Of a stretch of DNA of 64,000 bases, positions 16,553-28,760 are shown piece after piece. The notes under the pieces were generated by a model. That model ran no database searches and was not told where the DNA came from. It saw only the letters and a program-made list of their open reading frames with translations. The translations under genes were made by a program, and so were the position numbers. The stretch's first letter is position 1, and the number at the start of each line of letters is the position of its first letter. This stretch comes from Nostocoides sp. (GTDB taxonomy: Bacteria; Actinomycetota; Actinomycetes; Actinomycetales; Dermatophilaceae): the NCBI GenBank assembly GCA_016702415.1, contig JADJEA010000023.1:86208-150207 (forward strand), in the 5' to 3' direction.

Positions 16553-19500
16553 GTGTTCGTCAAGACCTTGACTCTCAAGGGCTTCAAGTCCTTCGCGTCC
16601 GCGACCACTCTCCGTCTCGAGCCCGGCGTCACGTGCATCGTCGGTCCCAATGGCTCCGGCAAGTCCAATGTCGTCGACGCCTTGGCGTGGGTGATGGGGG
16701 AGCAGGGCGCCAAGAGTCTGCGCGGCGGCAAGATGGAGGACGTTATCTTCGCCGGCACCCCCGGGCGGGCTCCGCTCGGGCGGGCCGAGGTGGCGATGAC
16801 GATCGACAACACCGATGGTGCCCTGCCGATCGACTACACCGAGGTCACGATCTCGCGGACGATGTTCCGGACGGGTGGATCGGAATACGCGATCAACGGG
16901 ACCCCGGCGCGTCTCCTCGACGTCCAGGAACTCCTCTCCGACAGCGGTCTCGGCCGGGAGATGCACGTCATCGTGGGCCAGGGACAGCTCGACACCGTGC
17001 TTCGGGCGACTCCTGAGGAACGGCGCGGGTTCATCGAGGAGGCGGCGGGTGTCCTGAAGCACCGCCGCCGCAAGGAACGCGCGCTGCGCAAGCTGGAGTC
17101 CATGGAGGGCAATCTCACCCGTGTCGCCGATCTGACCGGGGAGATCCGCCGCCAACTCGGCCCGCTGGGGCGTCAGGCGGAGGCGGCCCGCCGGGCGGCC
17201 GTCATCCAGGCCGAGGCGCGCGACGCCCGGCTCCGCCTCCTCGCCGACGACCTCGTCCGGCTCGTCTCGGCGGTCGAGCAGGAGAGCGCCGACGAGACCG
17301 CGCTCATGGTCCGCCGGGCCGAGATCGAGGCTGCGCTCGCGCAGGCCCGGGCGCGCGTCGCGGCGCTGGAGGAGACCGCCGCCGCGGCAGCCCCGGCGCT
17401 GACCGCCGCCCGTGACCGGTGGATCGCGCTGCGCTCGGTTCGAGACCGGATGGAGGCCACCCGCTCCCTCGCGGCCGAGCGACTGCGCCTGTTGCGCACC
17501 GACGATGCCGAGGAGACCGTCACCGGCCGTGACCCCGAGGAGTTGACCCGGCAGGCGGCCGCGGCCCGGGTCCAGGAAGCCGAACTCGCGGCAGCGGTCG
17601 AGTCGGCGACCGCCGCGCTCGCCGTCGCGGTCACCGCACGCGAGGCCGCCGAACAGGCGGCGTATGCCGAGCAGCAGCGTGTTGCCCGCCTCGCCCGGGC
17701 CGAGGCCGACCGGCGGGAGGGTCTGGCGCGGCTGACCGGGCAGGTCGCCTCCCGCGCATCCCGGATCGAGGCCACCGAAGCCGAACTCGGCCGGATCAAG
17801 GCGTCGATCACCGCGGCGCGGGCGCGTGCGGCCGAGGCCGAGCAGGATTTCGCGGCGCTCGAGGGGTCCATCGCGGCGGACGAGGAGGGCGAGGAGGGGT
17901 TGGATGCGGCATACGAGGCGGCGGCGGCCCTCCACGACCAACGGTGCCGCCGGGTCGACAACCTCGTCGAGGCCGAACGCAGCCTCGAACGCGAACGCCT
18001 CGCCCTCGTCTCTCGCCTCGACGCCCTCCGGATGAGCCTGCGGCGCAAGGACGGCGCGGAGAGCCTCCTCGCGGGCACGGGCGAGGAGGGGATTCTCGGC
18101 AGCTTCGCCCACACCCTGCGGGTGGCTCCCGGTCACGAGGTCGCCGTCGCCGCCGCCCTCGGCTGGGCGGCGGACGCGGTCGCGGTGCGGGACGGCTCGG
18201 TGGCCCTGGCCGCCCTCTCCCGGCTGCGGGCGCAGGACGGGGGTCGGGCCGGTCTCGTCGTCGCGGGGACCCCGTCGGCGCCCGCCGCCGACCGTCCACC
18301 ATTGCCGGACGGGGCGATTTGGGCGCGAACCGTCGTCACGCCGCCCGAGGGCTTTGCCGGCGCGGTCGACCACCTCCTCTCCGGTGTGGTCCTCGTCCCG
18401 GATCTGTCGTCGGCCCAAGCTGTGGCCGACGACATGCGCGTGATCGCTGTGACCCCGGACGGGGACCTCGTCGGGCCGGGATTCGCCCGCGGCGGAAGCG
18501 CCGATGCGCCCAGCCCGATCGAGCTCGAGGCGGCGGTCGCCGAAGCCGAGAGTCAGCTCGCGGAACGCACCGCCACGGCCGAGCAGAACCGCTTCGCCCT
18601 CGTGCGCGCCCGCGAGGAGCTCGCCGAGAGCGGGGACGCGGTCGACGCGCATCTCGAACGCCTCCACGAGTCGGATGCCCGGATGGCCGCGCTCGCCGAA
18701 CGCCTGGGCGCCCTTGGTGCCGCGATCCGGGCCGCCAACGCCGAAGTTGCGCGCGGGGAGCGGTCGGCGGCGACGGCCCGCGAGGGAGCCGAGGCCGCGC
18801 GCGCCGAGCTCGCCGCGCTGACGGAGCGGCTCGAGGCGGCCCAAGCCGAGCCGGCCGCGTCCCTGGGCGAGGACCGGGATGACCGAGCGGCCCTGGAAGC
18901 CGCCGCCTCGGCCGCACGCGCCGCGGAGACCGAGGCGCGTCTCCACGTCCGCACCACCGAGGAGCGGGCACGGGCCGTCCACGGGCGGGCTGCCTCCCTC
19001 GAGGGTGCCGCGCGCAACGAGCGCGCAGCCCGCGAGCGGCTGCGGGTGCGCCGCGAGCGTCGGCAGCGGGAAGCCGCGGTCGCCCAGACCGTTCTCGTGG
19101 CCGCGCAGACCGGGGTCGAGCGGCTGGCCGCGGCGGCCGAGCGGGCCGGCGACGACGTAGCGACCGGGGACGCGGAGCGGTCGGTGCGCGAGCGCGACCT
19201 GGCCACCCTGCGGGAGGAGGTCGAGCGTCACCGCGAGGACCTGACCGCTCTCACCGATGACCTCCACCGGGACGAGATCGCGCGGGCGGCCGCTCAGGCC
19301 AAGATCGACCAGCTGCGCGGTCAGGCGGTCGAGGAACTCGGCATCGACCCGGACGTCCTCGTCGAGGACTTCGGTCCCCACCAACCGGTCCCGGTCGTCG
19401 TGCCCGAGGGGGAGACGGCGGGGGAGCCCGCGGCATACGTCCGGGATGTGCAGGAAAAGCGCCTGCGGCGCGCCGAACGCGGCCTGCGCGATCTCGGCCG

Positions 19501-20104
19501 GATCAACCCCCTGGCGTTGGAGGAGTATGCCGCCCTGGAGGAGCGCCATGCCTTCCTCACCAAGCAGATGGAGGACCTGAAGTCCTCCCGCCGCGATCTC
19601 CTCGAGATCGTCAAGGAGGTCGACACCCGGGTCGAGCAGGTGTTCACCGAGGCCTTCCGGGACACGGCCGTGCAATTCGAGCGCGTCTTCGACCGGCTCT
19701 TCCCCGGTGGGGAGGGGCGGCTACACCTGACCGACCCGGACAACATGCTGACGACGGGGATCGAGGTCGAGGCCCGCCCCCCCGGCAAGAAGATCAAACG
19801 GCTCTCGCTGCTTTCGGGCGGAGAGCGGTCGCTGGTGGCGGTGGCGCTCCTCGTCGCGATCTTCAAGGCGCGGCCGAGCCCGTTCTACATCATGGACGAG
19901 GTCGAGGCGGCGCTCGACGACACCAACCTCGGGCGGCTGCTGACGTTGTTCGAGGAGTTGCGCGATTCCAGCCAGCTCATCGTCATCACCCACCAGAAGC
20001 GGACGATGGAGATCGCCGACGCGCTCTACGGCGTCTCGATGCGCGGTGACGGCGTCACCACGGTCGTCTCCCAGCGCCTGCGGGAGACCGAAGCGAGCGC
20101 CTGA
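16553..20104 (+). CDS. smc: chromosome segregation protein SMC
   Basis: 1183 aa with Walker A GPNGSGKSN, long Ala/Glu/Arg coiled coils, a hinge, the signature LLSGGERSLVA and Walker B FYIMDEVEAALD. Confidence 0.97.
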   Translation: MFVKTLTLKGFKSFASATTLRLEPGVTCIVGPNGSGKSNVVDALAWVMGEQGAKSLRGGKMEDVIFAGTPGRAPLGRAEVAMTIDNTDGALPIDYTEVTISRTMFRTGGSEYAINGTPARLLDVQELLSDSGLGREMHVIVGQGQLDTVLRATPEERRGFIEEAAGVLKHRRRKERALRKLESMEGNLTRVADLTGEIRRQLGPLGRQAEAARRAAVIQAEARDARLRLLADDLVRLVSAVEQESADETALMVRRAEIEAALAQARARVAALEETAAAAAPALTAARDRWIALRSVRDRMEATRSLAAERLRLLRTDDAEETVTGRDPEELTRQAAAARVQEAELAAAVESATAALAVAVTAREAAEQAAYAEQQRVARLARAEADRREGLARLTGQVASRASRIEATEAELGRIKASITAARARAAEAEQDFAALEGSIAADEEGEEGLDAAYEAAAALHDQRCRRVDNLVEAERSLERERLALVSRLDALRMSLRRKDGAESLLAGTGEEGILGSFAHTLRVAPGHEVAVAAALGWAADAVAVRDGSVALAALSRLRAQDGGRAGLVVAGTPSAPAADRPPLPDGAIWARTVVTPPEGFAGAVDHLLSGVVLVPDLSSAQAVADDMRVIAVTPDGDLVGPGFARGGSADAPSPIELEAAVAEAESQLAERTATAEQNRFALVRAREELAESGDAVDAHLERLHESDARMAALAERLGALGAAIRAANAEVARGERSAATAREGAEAARAELAALTERLEAAQAEPAASLGEDRDDRAALEAAASAARAAETEARLHVRTTEERARAVHGRAASLEGAARNERAARERLRVRRERRQREAAVAQTVLVAAQTGVERLAAAAERAGDDVATGDAERSVRERDLATLREEVERHREDLTALTDDLHRDEIARAAAQAKIDQLRGQAVEELGIDPDVLVEDFGPHQPVPVVVPEGETAGEPAAYVRDVQEKRLRRAERGLRDLGRINPLALEEYAALEERHAFLTKQMEDLKSSRRDLLEIVKEVDTRVEQVFTEAFRDTAVQFERVFDRLFPGGEGRLHLTDPDNMLTTGIEVEARPPGKKIKRLSLLSGGERSLVAVALLVAIFKARPSPFYIMDEVEAALDDTNLGRLLTLFEELRDSSQLIVITHQKRTMEIADALYGVSMRGDGVTTVVSQRLRETEASA

Positions 20105-20188
20105 CCGGGCAGGGTCAACCGAGATTGGCCCGGCCGGAAGCCGTGTCGCGTTTGGATCCGGCTGCCGCAGTGGGAGATCCTGGTTCGC

Positions 20189-20422
20189 ATGCTCGGTGTC
20201 CTCCTTCCGTTGCTGGTCGCCATCGCCGTTGCCGTCGTCGTGCTCGCCGTCGTGGCCATCCCGGCGCGGCGATCCGGGCGCGACTTGCTCACCGATCGCG
20301 GTGAGGCGGTGTTCGTCAAGGTGAAGACCGGCGCCGGGGAGATCGGGCCGAAGGCCGGCGAAATCGCCTCCCAGGCGGCTGCCGGGGTGGCAAAGGTCCT
20401 ACCCAAGGAACGCCGTCACTAA
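20189..20422 (+). CDS. small membrane protein (77 aa), hypothetical
   Basis: ORF 20189..20422 has a single N-terminal TM helix (MLGVLLPLLVAIAVAVVVLAVVAIP). Confidence 0.45.
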   Translation: MLGVLLPLLVAIAVAVVVLAVVAIPARRSGRDLLTDRGEAVFVKVKTGAGEIGPKAGEIASQAAAGVAKVLPKERRH

Positions 20423-20478
20423 CCCCAGGACGGCGGACGCAGCGGCATACCGTCACCGCGCGGTGTGAGGATTGACCC

Positions 20479-21708
20479 GTGAACAGCGTCTGGGAATGGT
20501 TGATCGTCGCCGGTGTCCTTCTCGTCGTCCTGCTCGGGGGCCTGGTTGCCTTCCTCCGACCGGGACGGGGCGGACGCACCCGAGAGCTGCCGACGCCGCC
20601 GTCCACGCCCTCGACGCCTGACCGCGGCCCAGCCCCACCATCGACGGGACCCGCCGCCCCATCCCCGGGCGAGGGTTCCGGCGGCATCGCCGCGCCACCC
20701 CGGCCCACGCCGCCGCCCACCCTCAACGACGACACCACCGTCACCGACGACGACCTCGAGGAGCTGCTTCGACTCGAACGTCCGGAGGCTCCTGCCGGCC
20801 GGCTCCAGCGCCTGCGCGCGCGGCTGGCCCGGAGCAACTCGGCACTCGGCAAGGGCCTGCTCAATCTCCTGACCCGCGGTGGGCTCGACGAGGAGGCCTG
20901 GGAGGAGGTCGAGGACACCCTCATCCGGGCCGACCTCGGCATCGAGGCGAGCACCGAACTCGTCGAGGCCCTGCGCACCCAGGTCAAGGTCGCCGGCACC
21001 CGGGACGAGGCGACGGTGCGCGGGTGGCTACGCACGGATCTCCTGCGCCTGCTCGACCCGAGCATGGATCGCTCGATCGCCTCCAGCCGTGTCGGGGACC
21101 GTCCGGCGGTCGTCCTCGTCGTCGGGGTCAACGGCACGGGCAAGACGACGACGGTCGGCAAACTCGCTCGGGTGCTCGTCGCCGAGGACAAGGACGTCAT
21201 CCTCGGTGCCGCCGACACCTTCCGCGCCGCGGCCGCCGACCAGCTCGAGACGTGGGGTGCCCGGGTCGGGGTCCCCACCGTGCGGTCGCACAAGGACGGT
21301 GCCGACCCGGCGGCGGTCGCCTTCGACGCCGTCAAGTCGGGGATCGAGATGGAGGCCGACGTCGTGCTCCTCGACACCGCCGGCCGGCTGCACAACAAGA
21401 CCAACCTCATGGACGAGCTCGGCAAGATCAAGCGCGTCGTGGAGAAGCAGTCGCCGATCGATGAGGTCCTGCTCGTGCTCGATGCGACCACCGGACAGAA
21501 CGGCCTGCGTCAGGCCGAGGTCTTCGCCCAGGTGGTCGGCATCACCGGCATCGTCCTGACCAAGCTGGACGGCACGGCCAAGGGCGGCATCGTCGTCGCT
21601 GTGCAGCGGCGGCTCGGGGTCCCGGTCAAACTCGTCGGCCTCGGTGAAGGACCCGACGACCTCGCACCCTTCGACCCGGCCCAGTTCGTCGACGCGATCC
21701 TGGCCTAA
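20479..21708 (+). CDS. ftsY: signal recognition particle receptor FtsY
   Basis: N-terminal TM helix plus a Pro-rich linker. The NG domain has GVNGTGKTTT, DTAGR and TKLDGTAKGG. Confidence 0.95.
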   Translation: MNSVWEWLIVAGVLLVVLLGGLVAFLRPGRGGRTRELPTPPSTPSTPDRGPAPPSTGPAAPSPGEGSGGIAAPPRPTPPPTLNDDTTVTDDDLEELLRLERPEAPAGRLQRLRARLARSNSALGKGLLNLLTRGGLDEEAWEEVEDTLIRADLGIEASTELVEALRTQVKVAGTRDEATVRGWLRTDLLRLLDPSMDRSIASSRVGDRPAVVLVVGVNGTGKTTTVGKLARVLVAEDKDVILGAADTFRAAAADQLETWGARVGVPTVRSHKDGADPAAVAFDAVKSGIEMEADVVLLDTAGRLHNKTNLMDELGKIKRVVEKQSPIDEVLLVLDATTGQNGLRQAEVFAQVVGITGIVLTKLDGTAKGGIVVAVQRRLGVPVKLVGLGEGPDDLAPFDPAQFVDAILA

Positions 21709-21746
21709 GAGGTGGGCGTCTCGGCATACGGGACGAGGCGTCCGCG

Positions 21747-23576
<1,830 letters not shown>

Positions 23577-23667
23577 GCCAGCCATCTCCACCGCCCGACC
23601 CACCCGAACCCGACCACCCAACCCGCCCGGCTCACGGGCAGACGTTCACCACCATCCACGAGGAGCC

Positions 23668-26019
23668 ATGCGCGCATCAGCCGATGTCAGCCGCACCCGC
23701 CTCGACCTCGCCGGCACCCGCGCGTTCACCACGCCGGGTGCCGGTGCGGTGCGCCGGGCCGCCATCACCGACTACACCCGGACCTGGCTGCAGGAGATCT
23801 GGGCAACGGCGGCGGGTGGACGGCCGACCCCGGGTCTGGCTCTGGCCGCGGTGGGCTCGCTCGGCCGGGGGGAGCCCGGGCCGCTGTCGGACCTCGACCT
23901 CGTCCTCCTCCACGACGGTCGGTCCTGCCCTCCGGCCGACCTCGTCGCCTTCGCCGACCGCCTCTGGTACCCCATCTGGGACGCCAAGCTTCGCCTCGAC
24001 CACAGCGTCCGCACCCTGGCCCAGTGCCGGGAGGTCGCCGGCAACGACCTCTCGGCGGCCGTTGGGCTGCTCGACATCGGCCCGATCGCCGGTGAGGTCG
24101 CCCTCGTGGCGGCGATCCGCTCGACCTTGGCCCACGACTGGCGGGCCAATGCCCGCAAGCGGCTCCCGGCGTTGACGGCGGACGTGCGGGCGCGGCATAC
24201 CCGCCATGGGGAGTTGTCGCAGTCGATCGAACCCGATCTCAAGGAGGCTCGGGGGGGCCTGCGCGACATGACCGTCCTGCGCGCCCTGGTGTCCGCGTGG
24301 CTGACCGACCGGCCACACGGGCCGGTGGACGCGGCATACGGCCAATTGCTCGACGTCCGGGATGCGCTCCACGTCGTCACCGGCCGCGGCCGGGACCGGC
24401 TGGGGCGGGAGGACACCGATGCCGTCGCGGCGCTCCTGGGGTATGCCGACAGCGACGCCCTCCTGACCATGGTCAGTTCCAGCGGGCGCACCATCGCCAA
24501 TGCGCTCGAGGGGACGATGCGCCGCGCCGGCCAGAGCCAGCGGGCCCGCACTCTGCGGGTGGGGCCGCGCCGCCCGCGGCTGACGGCGCTGGGCTATGGG
24601 GTGTACGAGCACGACGGTGAGGCCGTCCTTTCCGGTGCGAGCACGACCGATCCGTTGTTGCCATTGCGGACGGCGTCCGTCGCCGCGCGGGCCTGTCTGC
24701 CGCTGGCCCCCCAAACGCTGGCCAATCTCGCCGAAGCCCCGGACCTGCCGGTGCCGTGGCCGGCCGCTGCCCGCGACTTCTTGACCGACCTCCTGGCCTC
24801 GGGGCCCGGCCTGATCCCGGTGTGGGAAGGGCTGCACGCGGTCGGGTTGATCGACCGGTGGCTCCCGGAGTGGGCGGCGGTGGACTCGCGGCCACAGCGC
24901 AACCCGGTCCATCGGCATACCGTCGACCGGCACCTGCTGGAGAGTGTCGTCGAGGCGGGTCGATTGGTGCGGGAGGTCGGCCGACCGGACCTGCTGCTCA
25001 TTGCTGCTGTGTTGCACGACATCGGCAAGATCGCCGGAGCACATGACCACAGCCATGAGGGTGGCGTCATCACGGCCCAGATCGTGGCGCGCATGGGTCT
25101 GCCCGAGCCGGACGCCCAGGTCGTGGTGCGGCTGGTGCGCGAGCACCTGACCCTCATCGACCTCGCCACGCGCCGGGATCTCGCCGACCCCGCGACGGTC
25201 GCGGCCGCCTGGTCGGCGGCGGGGGAAAGCCGGGAAGGGCTGGACCTGCTGCGGTGCCTGACCATCGCCGATGCCAAGTCCGTCGGAGCGGCGGCATGGA
25301 CCGAGTGGCGCGCCGGTCTCCTGGAGGCGCTCGTGCGAGCCGCGCGGGAGTGCGGCCACGGGAGGCCGGCGACGGATTCGGGGGAGACAGCGTCGGTGGC
25401 GTCCCGTCGCCCAGATCCGCCGGGCACCACCACCCCCCGGGTCGAGATCTCCGCCCTGCCTGGGGCCTTCCAGGTCGACATCGTCGACCGCGACCGCATC
25501 GGCCTCTTCGCCGACACCGCCGGACTCTTCGCCGCGCTCGGCCTGACCGTGCGCACCGCGGTCCTGCGGACCGAGGACGGCATCGCCTATGACGAGTGGC
25601 ACGTGGAGACGCCGGCCGGGGACGCCCCCGACGTGGCCCGCTTGCTGCGCGGACTGGAGCGACTCGCTGCGGGGGACCGGTCGCCACTGGGCGACCTCCA
25701 CCGGAAGCGCACCTTCGCCCGGCGAGCGATCCCCGAGCCGCACCGGCAGACCCGCGCCTTCGTCCTGCCGGAGGCGGCGAGCGCCGCCACGGTCATCGAG
25801 GTGCGCGGGGAGGACCGCATCGGGCTCCTCCACGACCTCGGGGTGACCTTCGCCGACGCCGGGCTGTCCGTCCGGTCCGCCCATATCGCAACGTATGCCG
25901 GGCAGACCCTCGACACCTTCTATCTCACCGACGCGTCGGGTCGGCCGCTGTCGCCGGGGAAGGTTGCCGCGACCGTGGCCGCGGTGATCGACACCTGCGA
26001 CGCCCGACCGCGATCGTGA
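23668..26019 (+). CDS. glnD: [protein-PII] uridylyltransferase / uridylyl-removing enzyme
   Basis: ATG 23668 is in the frame of ORF 23344..26019. It has a nucleotidyltransferase region (GSLGRGEPGPLSDLDLVLL), an HD domain (HRHTVDRHLLE...LLHDIGK) and two C-terminal ACT-like segments. Confidence 0.93.
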   Translation: MRASADVSRTRLDLAGTRAFTTPGAGAVRRAAITDYTRTWLQEIWATAAGGRPTPGLALAAVGSLGRGEPGPLSDLDLVLLHDGRSCPPADLVAFADRLWYPIWDAKLRLDHSVRTLAQCREVAGNDLSAAVGLLDIGPIAGEVALVAAIRSTLAHDWRANARKRLPALTADVRARHTRHGELSQSIEPDLKEARGGLRDMTVLRALVSAWLTDRPHGPVDAAYGQLLDVRDALHVVTGRGRDRLGREDTDAVAALLGYADSDALLTMVSSSGRTIANALEGTMRRAGQSQRARTLRVGPRRPRLTALGYGVYEHDGEAVLSGASTTDPLLPLRTASVAARACLPLAPQTLANLAEAPDLPVPWPAAARDFLTDLLASGPGLIPVWEGLHAVGLIDRWLPEWAAVDSRPQRNPVHRHTVDRHLLESVVEAGRLVREVGRPDLLLIAAVLHDIGKIAGAHDHSHEGGVITAQIVARMGLPEPDAQVVVRLVREHLTLIDLATRRDLADPATVAAAWSAAGESREGLDLLRCLTIADAKSVGAAAWTEWRAGLLEALVRAARECGHGRPATDSGETASVASRRPDPPGTTTPRVEISALPGAFQVDIVDRDRIGLFADTAGLFAALGLTVRTAVLRTEDGIAYDEWHVETPAGDAPDVARLLRGLERLAAGDRSPLGDLHRKRTFARRAIPEPHRQTRAFVLPEAASAATVIEVRGEDRIGLLHDLGVTFADAGLSVRSAHIATYAGQTLDTFYLTDASGRPLSPGKVAATVAAVIDTCDARPRS

Positions 26020-26029
26020 GCGCGCGGAG

Positions 26030-26155
26030 GTTCGGGCGGTCGGCGGCCGGGCCGACGTGGGTCGGCCGGTCGGGGACCAGGCCGGGGTCGGGGGTCGGGC
26101 CGTCCGAGGTCGGCACGTCGGGGGCGGGGCGGTCCGGAGTCGGCGGGTCGCCGGC
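26030..26155 (+). repeat. G-rich spacer made of degenerate GGTCGG repeats with several G4-G5 tracts
   Basis: Read directly. GGTCGG-like hexamers recur about 8 times. G tracts lie at 26072-75, 26084-87, 26090-94, 26097-99, 26120-24 and 26126-29. Confidence 0.7.
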
Positions 26156-26178
26156 AGGCGGCGGTTAGGCTTTCCCCC

Positions 26179-27774
26179 GTGTTCACCTCACTCTCCGATC
26201 GCCTGACCGCGACCTTCAAGAACCTCCGCGGCAAGGGGCGGCTGAGCGAGTCCGATGTCAACAAGACGATCCGCGACATCCGGATGGCGCTGCTCGACGC
26301 CGATGTCGCGCTCCCGGTCGTCAAGGACTTCACCCATGCCGTGCGGGAGCGGGCCCTCGGCGCCGAGGTCTCCCAGGCCCTCAACCCGGCACAGCAGGTC
26401 GTCAAGATCGTCAACGAGGAACTCGTCGACATCCTCGGGCAGCACACCCGGCCGCTGCGGCTGGCCAAGACCGCGCCGACGGTCATCATGCTCGCTGGCC
26501 TCCAGGGGTCGGGCAAGACGACCCTGGCGGGCAAGCTCGGCAAGTGGTTCAAGGACCAGGGCAACACCCCGCTCCTGGTCGCCGCCGACCTCCAGCGGCC
26601 CAATGCCGTGACCCAGTTGCAGGTCGTCGGGGAGCGCGCCGGAGTCCCGGTCTTCGCGCCCGAGAAGGGCAATGTCGGTGGGCACGACGCGGTCGGACCC
26701 ACCGGTGAGGGCACCCGCTCTTTCGGCGATCCGGTCGAGGTCGCCGAGGACGGCATTCAGTACGCCGTCTCCAAGCTCTACAACGTCGTCATCGTCGACA
26801 CCGCCGGGCGGCTCGCCGTCGACCAGGAGTTGATGCAGCAGGCCGCCGACATCAAGGACGCGATCGAGCCGGATGAGGTCCTCTTCGTCATCGACGCGAT
26901 GATCGGCCAGGCCGCGGTCGAGACCGCGAAGGCGTTCCTCGAGGGCATCGACTTCAGCGGCGTCGTCCTCTCCAAGCTCGATGGCGACGCCCGCGGCGGT
27001 GCCGCGCTCTCGGTCGCCAAGATCACCGGCCGGCCGATCATGTTCGCCTCCATCGGCGAGGGTGTGAAGGACTTCGAGATCTTCCATCCCGACCGGATGG
27101 CCTCCCGAATCCTCGACATGGGCGACATGCTCACCCTCATCGAGCAGGCCGAGCGGGCCTTCGACCGCCAGCAGGTCGCCGAGATGGAGCGGAAGTTCCT
27201 CGCTGCGGAGGACTTCACCTTCGACGACTTCCTCCAGCAGTTGTCGGCGATCAAGCGGATGGGCTCGCTGAAGGGGATGCTCCGGATGATGCCGGGCATG
27301 AACCAGATGCGCGAGCAACTGGACGCCCTCGACGAGCGGGAGTTCGACCGGGTCGAGGCGATGATCCGCTCCATGACGCCCTTCGAGCGCGCCCACCCCA
27401 AGCAGATCAACGGCTCGCGCCGCCAGCGCATCGCCGCCGGCTCCGGAATGCAGATCGGTGACGTCAACCAACTGCTCGTCCGCTTTGGGGACGCCCAGAA
27501 GATGATGAAGCAGTTGGCGAGAGGCGGCGGCATACCCGGAATGCCTGGGGTGACCGGTCCCGGGAAGCGCGGGCAGAAGCAGGTCGCCCAGCGGCGCAAG
27601 GGCAAGTCCGGCAACCCGGCCAAGCGGGCCGAGCAGGAGCGGGCGGCGGCAGCGGCATCGGCCAACCGGCCGGCAGGCGGGGGTTCGGCTTTCGGTCTCG
27701 GCGGCGGCGATCCGACCGCGGGGCTCGACCCGAGCAAGCTGCCCAAGGGGTTCGAGAAGTTCCTGGGCCAGTAG
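26179..27774 (+). CDS. ffh: signal recognition particle protein Ffh
   Basis: GLQGSGKTT, DTAGR, SKLDGDARGG, a Met-rich M domain and a basic C-terminal tail. Confidence 0.97.
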   Translation: MFTSLSDRLTATFKNLRGKGRLSESDVNKTIRDIRMALLDADVALPVVKDFTHAVRERALGAEVSQALNPAQQVVKIVNEELVDILGQHTRPLRLAKTAPTVIMLAGLQGSGKTTLAGKLGKWFKDQGNTPLLVAADLQRPNAVTQLQVVGERAGVPVFAPEKGNVGGHDAVGPTGEGTRSFGDPVEVAEDGIQYAVSKLYNVVIVDTAGRLAVDQELMQQAADIKDAIEPDEVLFVIDAMIGQAAVETAKAFLEGIDFSGVVLSKLDGDARGGAALSVAKITGRPIMFASIGEGVKDFEIFHPDRMASRILDMGDMLTLIEQAERAFDRQQVAEMERKFLAAEDFTFDDFLQQLSAIKRMGSLKGMLRMMPGMNQMREQLDALDEREFDRVEAMIRSMTPFERAHPKQINGSRRQRIAAGSGMQIGDVNQLLVRFGDAQKMMKQLARGGGIPGMPGVTGPGKRGQKQVAQRRKGKSGNPAKRAEQERAAAAASANRPAGGGSAFGLGGGDPTAGLDPSKLPKGFEKFLGQ

Positions 27775-27780
27775 CCCCGC

Positions 27781-28654
27781 GTGACCCTGCACACAGTGGA
27801 GGTCGGCACCGCCGGACCCCGAATCGCCTTCCTGCACGGGCTTTTCGGTCAGGGACGCAACTGGAACCAGATCGCCCGGGCGCTCGCCGGCCCGGACGGC
27901 GAGACCGCGCGGTGCCTCCTGGTGGACCTGCCCGACCACGGCCGGTCACCGTGGAGCGCGGCGTTTTCCTATCGGGGGTATGCCGACGCCGTCGCCGCCG
28001 CGCTTTCCCGGTGGGGCGGGTCGGACCCGGTCACCCTGGTCGGGCACTCGCTCGGCGGCAAGACCGCGATGGTGACCGCCCTGGAGCATCCCGACACGAT
28101 CGCCCGGTTGTGCGTCGTCGACATCGCCCCGAAGAGCTATGGCAATCTTCACCGCTTCACCGGGTATATCGACGGGATGCGCGCCCTGCCGCTCGATAAG
28201 GTGTCCACCCGGGCCGATGCGGACGCGTGGTTCGCCCGGGTCGAGCCCGACCCCGGCATCCGCGCCTTCCTCCTCCAGAATCTGCGGCGCCGCGGCGCCG
28301 GCTGGGCCTGGCAGTGCAACCTCGACCTGATCGCGGCCGACGCGGCCCGCGGGTCGGCGTCCGTCATCGCCGACTTCCCGTTCGCGGGCTCGGTGAGTGA
28401 GCACGCGGGGGGTGAGCCTGCGGGGGGTGAGCCGGCGGGTGGGCGCGCGGGGGGCGAGCCCGCGGCATACGACGGGCCGGTGGTGTGGCTGGTGGGCGCG
28501 GACTCGGGCTATGTCCACGACGACGACGGGCCACGGATGCGGTCGCTCTTCCCCGCGGTGCGCAAGGGTGACCGTCAATGGAGCCGGCCACTGGGTGCAC
28601 ACCGACGCGCCGGGCGTCGTCGTGGAGACCCTGCACCGACTGATCGGTCGCTGA
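27781..28654 (+). pseudogene. alpha/beta hydrolase, reading frame broken by one extra G at 28566-28568
   Basis: The nucleophile elbow GHSLGG is in the frame of ORF 27781..28785. The catalytic-His end VTVNGAGHWVHTDAPGVVVETLHRLIGR* is in the frame of ORF 28397..28654. The 874-nt span is not a multiple of 3. Changing AAGGGTG to AAGGTG restores ...FPAVRKVTVNGAGHWVH... Confidence 0.75.
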
Positions 28655-28760
28655 TCCGGCGGCCACCCGCAACACGGGCGCGCCGGGATCGGCTGTCCAA
28701 AAAGGTGGTGACCGTCGGCGGGGGGTTCCCGGCCGGCGCCGTCCCGATAAGGTCGCCGGT

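Noticed and set aside
16451-19675. 1074-aa ORF on the minus strand
   Set aside because: It lies entirely antisense to smc. The translation is Arg/Gly/Pro-rich low-complexity sequence typical of spurious open frames in high-GC DNA, with no motifs. smc on the + strand has complete Walker A, signature and Walker B motifs.
26188-27939. 583-aa minus-strand ORF and other long antisense frames (for example 50124..52667 and 41927..43687)
   Set aside because: They are antisense to ffh, rpsB/tsf and comM respectively. They have no recognisable domains and show shadow-frame composition.
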